Below, in pieces: positions 24,181 to 35,482 of a stretch of 59,379 bases of DNA. The stretch is from Prasinococcaceae sp. CCMP 1430. Taxonomy: Eukaryota; Plantae; Prasinodermophyta. The translations under genes and the position numbers were made by a program. The first letter of the stretch is position 1. Every line of letters starts with the position of its first letter. The notes under the pieces are model-generated. The model was not told where the DNA came from and ran no database searches. It was given only the letters and a program-made list of their open reading frames with translations. The stretch spans positions 399,702 through 459,080 of the forward strand of contig RQSC01000033.1 in the NCBI GenBank assembly GCA_013416795.1, written 5' to 3'.

Positions 24181-25110
24181 CTACGCCGCCTTCAGGATGG
24201 GCGTATGCTTGAGCTTCACAAGTAGCTTCTTCATGTGGGTCATGTCGGTGTCATTGACGCTCAGGTTGGAGTTCGAGTCAATGAGGCTGCCGACATCCTC
24301 CCACACGTTGCCGCTCGTGCCCATGGAGGCGACGCTGTCCTTGAGAGTCGCCTCGGCCTCACGGTTGGAGGCCTTGCGCGCCGTGATCTTGCGCTCCTGC
24401 TCGACGGCTGCAGCCGTGAGGAACTCCACTGCGGCAGACTTGGTGGCAGCGCGAGCCTCAGCCTCGACAGCGTCCTGCAAAAGCGTGAGCGGAGGGTCAG
24501 AGCGCTTCGCGTGCGCACGACAAATGGCACGGAGGACAACGCACGACTGCGCTCATGAAAGAACGCCCATGAATGCGAGTGCAGGCGTGCGTCCGCGGAA
24601 ATGCACACGCGCGCGCGCGCGGACACGCATAGGACGGCCAGCACATGCAAGTGCACGGCACATGAGCGAGTGCGCTCAAATCTGCGCGGTCGCCCGCACC
24701 TTCGCGCGCAATGTGTCGCGGTTGGCCATGATCCACTCATGCAGGGCATTCACCTCCTCGACCTCAGCGTCGGCAGCGGCGGGCGCATCGGCCACCACTG
24801 CATCTGCCGCAGGCACGGGCGCATCAGTGTCTGCGGCCGGCGCCTCGCCACTGAAGAAGCCATCGAGGCCATCGCCGGCGGGTGCTGCGGGGGCAGGGGC
24901 GGGTTCGCCAAACATGCTCTCCAAGCCACCCTCGGGCGCGGCTGGCGCGTCCTCAGCCGGCGCGGGTGCAGCGTCGTCGGCGCTGAAGGCATCGGTGGCC
25001 CCCACTGCCTCGGCTGCGGGGGCTGCATCTGCGACGTCGGCGGGCGCGGCGGGCGCGTCCGCCTCAACGGCTGGCGGGGCGGCGTCAAACGCAGCGTCGA
25101 AGCCCTCCAT
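24181..25110 (-). CDS. Clathrin light chain; exons 25110-24700, 24474-24181
   Basis: Acidic N-terminus, ALHEW helix, RKASNREAE, NVWEDVGSLID and DMTHMKKLLVKLKHTP C-terminus typical of CLC. Phase-0 intron. Confidence 0.85.
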
Positions 25111-25660
25111 CTTGCCCAGACTGATCGGGCTGGGGGGGGCTCGTCGCGCGCACAAGTGGCACTCCGGGATGCTCCCGCGCACTCTCCTGAGCCCCCGCCA
25201 GGGCGCGCCCACGCGCGAGCGCGCCCTCCCGTGCCCACCCGCGCCCCTGCCCCGCCCGCGCCCGCAGACCGCAACAGCGCCGACACCAAGATGCTGCGCG
25301 CAGGGCAAAGCCGCGGGGCTGCCGCGCTCGCTCGCGCGCGCGCGCGCGCGTGAGCGCGGGGGAACCGGCGGTTGGCCTGGTTCAATCCTCAAGGGTACGC
25401 CGGACGTGGCCTGTTTCTCTCTGCTGTCCTTACATCTATCACCATATTTTACATTTAAAGTAACCACGGGTGCCGCGGCGCTGTTTTGGGCCACGGCACA
25501 TGTACAGCGGCGACGCAGCGTTGCGCCCCCCCCCCACCCACCCACCCACCCACCCACCCACCGGGGACCGCCTAACACACACACACACACACACACCACC
25601 CACCCACCTCACCCACCGGGGACCGCCTAGAGCTAATGATGTCTCTCTAGCTAGAGTGCT

Positions 25661-28393
25661 CTAGAAGTATTTGTACGCCTTCAGCGCTGAGATGAGAATG
25701 TACACCATCCACAGCACACCCATGCCTTTGGCGAACATTCCTGCAGGCCCCTTGGGCCCACCGAGTTCACCGCCGATGGTCCTCCTGCGCACGTAGAGCC
25801 ACGCGAGACACACGAGCGCGCAACCGATGAATGCCGCCAGCGAGATCCCGAGAGCGCCCGCCGGCTGCGCGTGCGCGATGCCATACTTGGCCTCTTTGTA
25901 CGCGGTGGCCACCAACCACGGCAGGCCAATGCCGAGGAACACGTTCACTGCGTTGGAGCCAGTGATATTTCCCAATGAGTTGTCCGCGGTGGGTTCGTTC
26001 TCGGCCGCCATTTTGGAGGCAAAGGTATCAGGCAGCGACGTGCCCAACGCAACGAAGGTGATGGCTGTCACCGAGTCCTTCAGGCCGACCACGCAGCCAA
26101 AGAGCCCCGCCAGCTCGCCCACCACGAAGGTGACCATGCCAATTGTCGTCAGCGACACGACGAAGCACACCCACCCACCCTTGTACTCCGGCGGCGGGAT
26201 GATGGCGAAGAGCAGCTTCCAGAATATGGTCAGTCCGTGCATCACGAAGTCCATCGGCTCAGGCGGCAGCTCGGTCCTCCCATCGTCATCAAGGTCGCCA
26301 TGAAGCATCAGCGCGTTCTTGAACTGGTCGATCCAGGCCTCGTTGTTTTCGCACCAGACACTGATCCTGCCGCCGATCCAGGCTTTCGAGGCCGACAAGC
26401 ACTTGCCCACCGCCTCCGCGATGCCGTCCCCTCCTCCAGCGCGCTCGAGGCCTGGTAGGTCCAGCGCCTGTACGATGCCGATGTCAACACGCGGCGGCTC
26501 GTCCATCACGGAATTAATGCGCCTGATCATGACGTGCAGCCTCCCTGCGGGATTCTTCCTTTCGTCCAACAGGTCAACCCACCGTTCCGCCTGCACAGTG
26601 GTGGCGAGGATCTCCGCGGTGTCCTTAATGACGCCACCGCACATGTAATCGTCCGCCGAGAGATGGTCGTGGTCCCACACGGCAAACTCGATGGGCAGCG
26701 ACATGTTTTTGCCCTTGAAAGTGAGCACGTCCATGTACACGGGATTGATATTGCGCATGACGTGCTCGGTCTGACTGCGCTGTTTGCCGAACTTCACCTT
26801 GACGTATGGGTCGCTCGAAAGGCCCTTGGCGTTCGTCTCGGGCAGCGGCTCGGGACGAAGCTTGTCCTCGTCGGGCAGGTGGAGCGGCGCAGTGAGTTTC
26901 ATGGACATCATCGCCACCAAGCGAATGCGCGCACCGCCCGAAAGGAAGCGCACGGCATTCGAGCGGTACGTCAGGTAGTTGTTGCGGTGCTCCTCTTCCC
27001 CTTCGGTGTCACCGCCCTCTGCGAACTGAACGCGGCGGTCCGCGGCCGCCTTCGCTGCGCTGCCATCCTCGAGGGCGTCGATCTGCGCCTCGAGGGAGGT
27101 GCTGGAAGTGCCGACCTCTGAGGGCACCGCGTCTTCGCCGCGCCTGCCGGGCAGGAATCTCCAGCCGACGTCCGCGCCATACGCCAGCCCAACAAGCAGT
27201 GGGAAGTGGGCCACCGTGATGCAGGCCTCAACGAGCGTCACCTCGTCCTTGGACCACACCGCCAGCACGATGTACAACCACAAGTACGCCCATATCGAAA
27301 AGAACGATGTGATCGAGAACACGCCGTAGTGCTCGACGCGCGTAATCTCGCCATCCTTCGGCGCCGTCACACACACACCGCTGATGATAAGCAGGTTGAA
27401 AGCGGCTCAGCCCACGATGGTACTCGGCCCGAGCTCGCCGGGAACCTCCTCCAGCGTGAGCAGCGTCTCCATCAGGCTGAGTAGTATCTCGGGCGCGCTC
27501 GAGCCCAGCGCCATCAGCGTCAAGTTGGCCACGGTGCCGTTCCACACCAAGTACGTGCGCGTGCGGCCGGTCGGATTGCCTTTGCTGTCCTTGACGTTGA
27601 TGGTCTTTTCCTTAGAGGTGATGACCTCGATTGCATTCATGAACACGTCTGCCACGATGGCCACACCTAGAAAAGTGTAGAGAAGCGCAACCAGGTACAG
27701 CACGATGCGCCCCTCGCGGGACCACAGGTTGGAGCCCGCAAGGAGCAGGTAGCTCTCGCAGTAGTAAGGCATATCTTGCTTGGCGGGGGGCGTCCAGATC
27801 TCCACCATGTAACCGTTGTAGATGCCGGACCCACTGCCGGGTGCCCACTGCTTGCACTCAACATTGAAGGTTTCGCGCAGGAAGTCGCAGGCATCGGCGG
27901 CGTCGAAGGCTGCGCAGTCAAAGGAGCGCACGTACGGCGCGTCCTCGCCCGGCAGTCCAGCGTAGGTAACCGCCATGCTCGAGCACAGCTGTTTCGCGGG
28001 CGTCCAGCCGGCCACGGGAAATATCAGGCCCGAATCAGCGTATGTGAAGGTGTGCACGTCGTCAACAGAGACGAGCGCGCGGCCAGCGGCAACCCCGACA
28101 GCGACGTCGGCTGAGCCGTCCAGAGTCATCTCGCCATCCTGCTCGCCCAGTGTGACGACGAAGGGCGTCTCCGTCGCGTCATCCATCTCCACAGCAATAC
28201 TGTCTCTCACGGCGCTGCCGAGCAGCGAGCGCGCGTACGCGGGGCCTTCTGGCCTTTCCAGCAGGCCAGCGTACTCGCCGATGCCGCGCCAGCACACGAG
28301 GCCCACCGAGTAGGCGGCGAAGGCGCCAACCTTGGCGAGCACCCTCGGGCGCACGCCGAAGCGGCGGCGCAAAGGGGCGCGGTCACCGAGCAT
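25661..28393 (-). CDS. Na+/Ca2+ exchanger (NCX/MHX-like, CaCA family) with C2 domain; in-frame TGA at 27409-27407
   Basis: Alpha-1 repeat ANLTLMALGSSAPEILL..GPSTIVG*AAFNLL and alpha-2 repeat AITFVALGTSLPDTFASK..GNITGSNAVNVFLGIGLPW. The two listed ORFs are in the same frame, separated by a single TGA. Confidence 0.9.
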
Positions 28394-28682
28394 CTCGCGC
28401 GCTGCCAGTTCTGCGTGAGGGTGGCACGCGAGCGGAGTGTGCGCGGACGCCTGGGGCACAGGCGCGCGAGGCACGCGCGCGCGGCGCCCACGCGGCGCCC
28501 ACTCCGCGCCGGCGCGCTCCCGCAGCGCAAATCTATCTCGCGCAGCACAGCGGGCGCGTGCGCCGTGGGCGCGCCGAGGCCCCCAGGGCGCGTTGGGGGA
28601 TGGGGAGGGGGGGGGGGGCGCGACGCCTGACGCGCGCGCTCTACCGGCACAGCGGCACCACTCCACGCCGCGCCCCAATCTC

Positions 28683-28719
<37 letters not shown>

Positions 28720-29300
28720 ACACACATCCCCAGGATGAGAGCGCCGCGCTCGCAGCTGCCGCCGCGCGTGCGCAGCAGACGCCGGGGCGTTCGGTTACAG
28801 TTCGGCAGTCGCGCCCGGGGGAACGGGGCCAATTCGGATGTCTTGGTTGGGGCGATTGTACCATCGATTGATGGTACTCAAGCTAGCGTTGGCATGCATT
28901 TTAGTCTAGTTGGGGTTACGACTCTGCGTCAGGGGCGAAGAGGCGGCGGCCGGGGTGGGCAAACCGCCCCGGCTATCGAAAACGCAGGCGCGGTTCCCCC
29001 CGACAACGCCGCTTCCGCGTGGCGCCCGCGCCTACCTCGATCAAATTGCAGCACCATCACGATGATATGTGCACGCGTAGAGCGCGAAGGGGCGGTTTAC
29101 CTTGGTGCGCGGCGGACACCCACTGAGGGAGTTGCGCCCACCCACCCCCACCCTCCACCGCCTCCTAGGCGCTCACCAGGGAACACGTACAGTACTGTGC
29201 GCCTCGGTCTGGCCGCTTAGGACGATGCCAGGCAAAGGCAAACCTGTCGCAGCTGCACGTGCGTCGAATCCTCGAATGCCCCCTGTCGCTGTCGCCCAAT

Positions 29301-30572
29301 TCAGCGGACCTTGACAGCTCTGCCGCCTGGACTGCGGCGCGAACGGCCTCGCAGGCCGAACATGTTGGTACGGCCACACGCAAACGCCAACAACGTCAGC
29401 GAGAAGCCTGCGACGAAGTACAGCGCAGGAGCTTGCCGAGGCGTTGGGAGAGCAGACTTCGAACCCTGCCCGGCGTCCTCAACCCAGTGAATGTCGGCGT
29501 TGCCGCGCGCAACGCGCGGGTCTGCTGCTGTCTGGCGGCTCGTGCGCAGGACCTCTGCAGCTTGGGCGCGCGCATGCGCCTCGGCCGCAGCCCGCGAGGG
29601 GTTCCTGCGCACTGCTACGTGGCACCCGCGCCAGAAATCAGTGTTGGGAAATTCCCGGCGGACGTAGTCGCTCCCCTCCTTTTGGATCCGTGATTGCGAT
29701 ATCCCTTCTTTGTTGAAAGGCTTGGGCCATCCCACCGCCGGCGAACAAATGGGTTGAGACGACGTCAGTCACAGTCCAACATCCAGGCTGACGTCACTGG
29801 CATATCGCCGATAGCGGGCACACGCACGTGGGCACGTACCTCCATCTCACCGTACCCTGCATACAGATGGTCAGCTGTGCTTTCCATAGACGAGGGCTCG
29901 ATATAACCGAATGCTACCTCCCACGGAGCGTCGCCTAGGTGCTTGCTGTCGTTGAACGTGATGAAGAACTGCGTGCTGCGCGTGTTCTGAACGTCGACAT
30001 ACGGGAGGCCCACCATTCCAATGTCAGCACAGGCTCGCCGATACATGAGAGTGAGCGCAGAGCACGCGTACCTTCCCTCCACCCGCAAAGCTCAGCTCGC
30101 CGCGCTTGAGGTGGCCGCCGGGTGGGTCGTCCTGAATGTTGCCCGCGCGGGCCCAGCGCTCGCGCGTAGCAGCATCACCAGGTATTCCTGTCTGCGAGAT
30201 GAAGTTCTTCACTGTGCGGAAGAAGGGCACATCGCGAAAGAAGTCGGGGTCTCGGACCATGTCAAGGAAACGCGCAGCGCCAAGTGGGGCCCGGTCAGGC
30301 TGATGTTGTGCACGCCAGGGGCACCGGCATGGATGCAGTCGTCAGCGCCCGGAATGGTGCAAAAAATATTGACACTTGTGAACACCCTCTGGCACACACA
30401 CACATTCCTGGCTCAGCGCACGTACCTGCACGCAGATGCGAAGTGCACCCGCCGTCGTGTCGCACGCCACGGGCGTCTCCCCGTGGCGACACCAGTCGGC
30501 GGCGCCATCGTCCCCCGCGGCCAACACGACAAGCGCCAGCAAGCTCCAGCCGACGGCGAGCAACATCTTCAT
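29301..30572 (-). CDS. Secreted/membrane cyclophilin-type peptidyl-prolyl isomerase, multi-exon
   Basis: Signal peptide MKMLLAVGWSLLALVVLAA. Exon peptides FFRTVKNFISQTGI, LSFAGGGK|NTRSTQFFI, LYAGYGE and QSRIQKEGSDYVRREFP. C-terminal TM segment. Confidence 0.75.
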
Positions 30573-31167
30573 GCGCGGCCGCAGTGACACGAACTGGCGA
30601 AAGTCACACCAATGCCGACGGGACGGCGCGACCTAGCGTGCTGCCCGCGCCGCCTGCGCAACGACGCACGCCCCTATGCCACCCCGCCTCGTCGCCCGAG
30701 GCAGGCCGACCACCCACACCTGCGCAGGCGCGTGCACAGGGGTGCGTTGTGGCACCTGCCACACCGCGTTGATCGCTAGAGAAAAAGCGAGCACGCGCGC
30801 CGGGCAAAAATTCCCAGGTGCTTTTGAACAGGGGTGTGACGGGCGTTTTCCATGCGTTTTGATGATGTAACGTTTCGCTCCGTGGGACATCGCCAAATTT
30901 GGTACAACCGCAAATCGAAGAAAGTATTTTAATATGTTAGTAAAGGGTGCGAATACAGTGAAATTAAACTTGTAAAAAGCTAATGACGGAACAGGTTTTC
31001 TTGTCTGAGCGAGCGACGCGAAGACGCGCGTGCGCATCGTGCTCACGCCACACACTGCCCCCGCCCACCCCCCTTCCCCCCTTTCCTCTCCTGCTGCGTG
31101 GGTCTCGCCAGCCCTGAGCAGCGACCCCTCGCGGCAGCCGCCCACGCGCGCGTGGTTATGCGCATCG

Positions 31168-32247
31168 ATGGGCGCGGCCGGCGCTACTGCCGATGAGCGC
31201 AGCGGGGAGGCGCCGCCGGCGCCACCGGCCGACCGGTTCTTCGCACTCAGCCGGGAGGCGCGCGAGCTCACGGCGCTGCAAAGCGTGCGCGTAGTCGCCG
31301 GCGGCGCAGCCGCGACACGAGAGCTGCGGCGCGGCACGCCGCTGCTCGTGCGCGGTGCGTGCAGGCACTGGCCGGCGTGCACGAAGTGGGCGGACGACGA
31401 GTACCTCGCTCGAGCAGGCGGGGACGCGCCGGTGACTGTCGACTGGACGCCCGATGGCCGCGCCGACGCAGTGGTCGACAGCGAAGGCGCGAAGCGCTTT
31501 GCGCAGCCGCTGCAGCAGACTTCAACCATGCGGGCGTTCCTGCACGACCTCGGACGCACGCGTGTGCTGCCCGGCGCGAACGTTCCTTACCTCAGCAGCC
31601 AGTGCGGAAACTTGGACACCGAGCTCGGCGCGCTCACGTGCGACATCGACGAGCCGGAGTGGGCAGCCGCCGTACTCGGGAGCGCGCCTGGACAGCTGCT
31701 GCCGCGTCCAGACGCACGCAACATTTGGATCGGCGACGCGCGCAGCGTGACCTCCTTCCATTCCGACCCGTACGAGAACATTTATGCCGTCGTCACAGGT
31801 TCGAAGGTTTTCCATCTGCTCCCTCTTACGGACCGGCACAGGCTCCACTACACGAGCTGTGTGTCGGCGCGCTGGACGATGGCCGACGCCAACGCTGATC
31901 CTGCGAACGCTGAGCTGGCACTGGTGGACGAGTCGCCGCGGGCAGAGCTACGGTGGGCTCAGGCGGACGTCAAGGGGGCCGCCCGGGGTCTATGGCCGCG
32001 TCTGAGCACTCCAGAAGCCTCCGGCGGCGCCCATGCGCCCCTAGTTGTCACAGTACATGCTGGCGACGCGCTTTATCTTCCCGCACAGTGGTACCACTCA
32101 GTGTACCAGGATGAAGGAGGCGAGGGGCGCGTGACCGCCATTAATTTCTGGTACGATATGGAGTGGGGTGTCCAGCAGGCGATGGGCCGCTTCGTCGACG
32201 AGGTCTGGGACGCGCACGTCGCAGGCATGATAGAAAAGAAATGTTAA
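31168..32247 (+). CDS. JmjC-domain hydroxylase (JMJD7-like)
   Basis: TPDGRADAV, NIWIGDARSVTSFHSDPYENIYAV (HxD), GDALYLPAQWYHSV and AINFWYDM. Confidence 0.88.
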   Translation: MGAAGATADERSGEAPPAPPADRFFALSREARELTALQSVRVVAGGAAATRELRRGTPLLVRGACRHWPACTKWADDEYLARAGGDAPVTVDWTPDGRADAVVDSEGAKRFAQPLQQTSTMRAFLHDLGRTRVLPGANVPYLSSQCGNLDTELGALTCDIDEPEWAAAVLGSAPGQLLPRPDARNIWIGDARSVTSFHSDPYENIYAVVTGSKVFHLLPLTDRHRLHYTSCVSARWTMADANADPANAELALVDESPRAELRWAQADVKGAARGLWPRLSTPEASGGAHAPLVVTVHAGDALYLPAQWYHSVYQDEGGEGRVTAINFWYDMEWGVQQAMGRFVDEVWDAHVAGMIEKKC

Positions 32248-32308
32248 TAACACACAATATGTAAACAACTGCTGACGAACGGTGCCCCTCGCGCATCGGT
32301 AGGCGCCC

Positions 32309-33874
32309 TTACGACGCACACCCGTCCTCGACGACGAATGTCCTCAGCTTCCTCTGCATGGCATCGAAGGCACGCGACCCCATGAGCAGCTCCAAGCGCA
32401 AATAATCGGAGGAGGCGCCAAACTGAGTGCCCGCCCGTCCTTTGATTCCCGCCCCCTGCAGGAGCGACGCATAACAGTCGGCGGCCTTCGTGCAGCGCAA
32501 CCAGGCGTACGCCGGCGATGACTCGTCGTCGCGCGGATGGAGCTCCAGGCACGTCGCGTTGCCGCTGGCGCCCAGTATCTCCTCCAGCGTGTCCCACCGC
32601 CCGTGCATTGTGTCGCGCGCCCACGAGAGCACAGGATAGCCACGTTTCCTCTCGGATGCCAATATCGTCGACGCGCGCAGCTGCGCCTCTCTGGAGACGC
32701 CGCCATTGACTCCCACGTACGCTTTGAGCCTCTCAGCAATCGACTCATTCCGGGTGAACGCCCATCCGACGCGGGAGGACGCGTGGCCAGTCAGTTTTGA
32801 AAGAGTGAAGAGAACGATGTCGTTCTCCTGCGCGTTTCTGGCCCGGTCGCCGGCGATGGAGGTGTAGTGGGGCCAGTAATACGCACTGTCCCACACGACA
32901 CTCAACGAGGTGCCAGCAGGCGTAGCACCACCCTCTGTGAGGCGCCGCACGGTGGACCCCCGCATCGTGCCATCGGGGTTGTTTGGGCTCGTGACGAATT
33001 CGAGAACGTGCGCACTCGCGTTTGACGTCCCGGCCGAGGCTGTGGTGGCGGCCTCTGCGGCCGACTGGAGCCACTCCCTGCCGAAGAAGTCGCTCGTGGA
33101 CTTGTAGCCAGAGTAGAAGGGGACGTCGCTATACACCGCGATGCGCGTCCCCAAGTTGTATCCGTACAGCGCAGCCGATATGAGCTCTGTGCTTCCAACC
33201 GCTGGGATGTAATGGAAGCCCTCCGGGTCGAAGTTCCCCACGGCGCCGTGGAGGGCGCGGACCTCTTCTTCAAGGAGGTCAACGCAAATGTCAGCACCAG
33301 GTGCGAAGCCGCCGCAGCCGCCTGCACCCACGACTCCTCCGTAGCCGATGTGATAGTACGGCTCGATATTCACAACCGTGTCCACTGATGCCGCAGGCTG
33401 CTCGCTGCGAAGACCATGCCAGTACTCCTCGAACATGAAGGGCGAGCCGGAACTCGCCGCGACAACGCACTCAGCGTCTGAGACGACCGTGTCGCACGCA
33501 GCGCCCGAGGCACATGCATCGCATCTGCACACGCTGTCCTCGAGCATGCCACGGCCACCACAGGCCTCGAGCGGGTCCACAACCGCAGCGTTGGGCGCGG
33601 CGGCCTGCGCGTCGCTGCCATGGCCTGTGACGACGACCGCTGCCAGCGCGATGGCTAGCACCACGGCGGCGCCCGCGGCCGCGACCGCCGTGAGCTTGTA
33701 GCGACGCAACGCATTGCGCGCCTCCACGGCGAGCGCAGCGTAGTCCACCGACTGCTCCACGTCAACCGCGAGGCCGTTGCCGTCGCCGCCGCTGCTGCCG
33801 CCGCCCGCGGCGTCGGCGCCTCCTGCTTCCCCGAGCTCCAGGCTGCTGTACGCGCCCCCTCGCCGCCCCGCCAT
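32309..33874 (-). CDS. Alliinase / tryptophan aminotransferase-related (TAA/TAR) PLP enzyme with TM anchor and EGF-like domain
   Basis: EGF-like CGGRG..CRCDACASGAACD, GSPFMFEEYW, EFVTSPNNPDG, DSAYYWPHYT, FTLSKLTGHASSRVGWA and SPAYAWLRC. Confidence 0.88.
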   Translation of the reverse strand: MAGRRGGAYSSLELGEAGGADAAGGGSSGGDGNGLAVDVEQSVDYAALAVEARNALRRYKLTAVAAAGAAVVLAIALAAVVVTGHGSDAQAAAPNAAVVDPLEACGGRGMLEDSVCRCDACASGAACDTVVSDAECVVAASSGSPFMFEEYWHGLRSEQPAASVDTVVNIEPYYHIGYGGVVGAGGCGGFAPGADICVDLLEEEVRALHGAVGNFDPEGFHYIPAVGSTELISAALYGYNLGTRIAVYSDVPFYSGYKSTSDFFGREWLQSAAEAATTASAGTSNASAHVLEFVTSPNNPDGTMRGSTVRRLTEGGATPAGTSLSVVWDSAYYWPHYTSIAGDRARNAQENDIVLFTLSKLTGHASSRVGWAFTRNESIAERLKAYVGVNGGVSREAQLRASTILASERKRGYPVLSWARDTMHGRWDTLEEILGASGNATCLELHPRDDESSPAYAWLRCTKAADCYASLLQGAGIKGRAGTQFGASSDYLRLELLMGSRAFDAMQRKLRTFVVEDGCAS

Positions 33875-34336
33875 GCTATGCTACCTGGTGCGCGGGCGCG
33901 GCCAGCCAGCCGCGGGGCTGAGCAGGCCCGCCGCGCCGTCGCGAGCTCGCCTTGCCTCCCCCCCTCCCCCCGCGCGCGCCCCCGGCGCTCTCCTCCCCGC
34001 GCTGCCCGCTGGCGCCGCCGGCGCACGGTGTGGCGTCGCGGCACACGCGCATGACAGCGCGCAGCGCGGTGGCGCCATCTTTGCGTTTCTTTGGATAGGG
34101 CACAGCCAGCCAGCCGCCAACGAGCGCGGGCGGCGCCGCGGGGATGTGCCACAACGCCATTGCCATCGCCAGCGCCATCACCAGCGTCATCGTGGGCGCA
34201 CGCGTCAGCTCCAGCTCCAGCTCCACCTTCAGCGCCAGCGCCAGCGCCTCGCCTCGCAGCAGCGCAACCCAGCGCGGCGCCTCGGCGGCGGGGCGGTCCG
34301 CGGCGTGCGGCGGCAGAACTGGCGGCGGCTGCGGCG

Positions 34337-35470
34337 ATGCCGTCGTCTCTCGCGGTGGTCCTCGTCGGCCCTGGGCTCGTGGGCTCGACGCTTCTGTCGC
34401 AGATAGCGGCGAACAAGGCGGAGCACGCGAAGCGCGGCCTTGACCTGCGCGTCGCCGCTGTCGCAAACAGCCGCGCGCTCCTGGCAGAGAACCCCGCCGG
34501 CGCGGGTGTGAATCTCGAGTCGGACGCGTGGAAGGCTGGTCTCGCCGACCCAGCCGCACACCGCGGCGAGGCGACCTTGGATGCCGTCGCCTCGGCAGTC
34601 GAGGCCCTTGTCTGCAAGGACAGCGGCGTGGTCGTGTGCGACTGCACGGCGTCGGGCGCCGTCGCTGGCGAGTACAGCCGCTGGCTGCGCGCGGGCGCGA
34701 GCGTAGTCACGCCCAACAAGAAGGCGAACAGCTCCTCCAAGGCAGGATACGCGGAGCTGCGCGAGCTCTCGCGCCGTGGCGAGCCGCTCGCAGGGCCGCG
34801 CTACTTTTACGAGGCCACTGTCGGCGCAGGGCTACCCATCCTCTCGACGCTACAGTCGCTGATCGCGACGGGCGACAAGGTGAAGCGCATCGAAGGCATC
34901 TTCTCGGGCACGCTGTCGTACATCTTCAACGAGTACGACGCCACCAAGCGCTTCTCCGACGTGGTCAAGGAGGCCAAGAGCCTCGGCTACACCGAGCCCG
35001 ATCCGCGCGATGACCTCGACGGCATGGACGTTGCGAGGAAAGTGACTATCCTCGCGCGCGAGTGTGGGCTCGACGCCATCGAGGATGCCGCTGCCGTGGA
35101 GAAGCGTTCGTTGGTGCCACCAGAGCTCAAGGATGTGGCGAGCATCGACGAGTTCATGGCGCGTCTGCCCGACTTCGACGGCGCGATCTCGGAGGAGGCT
35201 CGGGCGGCTGATGCCGAGGGAAAGGTGCTGCGATGCGTTGGAGTGGTCGACTGCGAGAACGGCACCGTGAGCGTCGAGCTGGGGCGCTACGACAGGTCGC
35301 ACCCGTTCGCGCAGCTCAAGGGGTCGGACAACATCGTGAGCTTCCAGACGGAGCGCTATGACTCGCAGCCCATCATCGTCCGCGGGCCCGGCGCCGGCGC
35401 GCCGCAAACGGCGGCCGGCGTCTACACTGACATTCTCGCCATAGGTCGCGGCCTTGGCACGGCTGTGTAG
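34337..35470 (+). CDS. Monofunctional homoserine dehydrogenase (start may be upstream)
   Basis: GPGLVG Rossmann motif, VVTPNKKA, YEATVGAGLP, GYTEPDPRDDL, GPGAG. Confidence 0.92.
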   Translation: MPSSLAVVLVGPGLVGSTLLSQIAANKAEHAKRGLDLRVAAVANSRALLAENPAGAGVNLESDAWKAGLADPAAHRGEATLDAVASAVEALVCKDSGVVVCDCTASGAVAGEYSRWLRAGASVVTPNKKANSSSKAGYAELRELSRRGEPLAGPRYFYEATVGAGLPILSTLQSLIATGDKVKRIEGIFSGTLSYIFNEYDATKRFSDVVKEAKSLGYTEPDPRDDLDGMDVARKVTILARECGLDAIEDAAAVEKRSLVPPELKDVASIDEFMARLPDFDGAISEEARAADAEGKVLRCVGVVDCENGTVSVELGRYDRSHPFAQLKGSDNIVSFQTERYDSQPIIVRGPGAGAPQTAAGVYTDILAIGRGLGTAV

Positions 35471-35482
35471 GAATTACAAAAA

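Noticed and set aside
25150-25660. Possible SECIS downstream of the NCX gene
   Set aside because: No convincing AUGA/GA quartet with helix II and apical AA seen by eye. The region is mostly simple repeats, including a duplicated cacccaccggggaccgccta. It needs a formal search.
28684-28717. Long poly-C tract
   Set aside because: A homopolymer of uncertain length with no supportable function.
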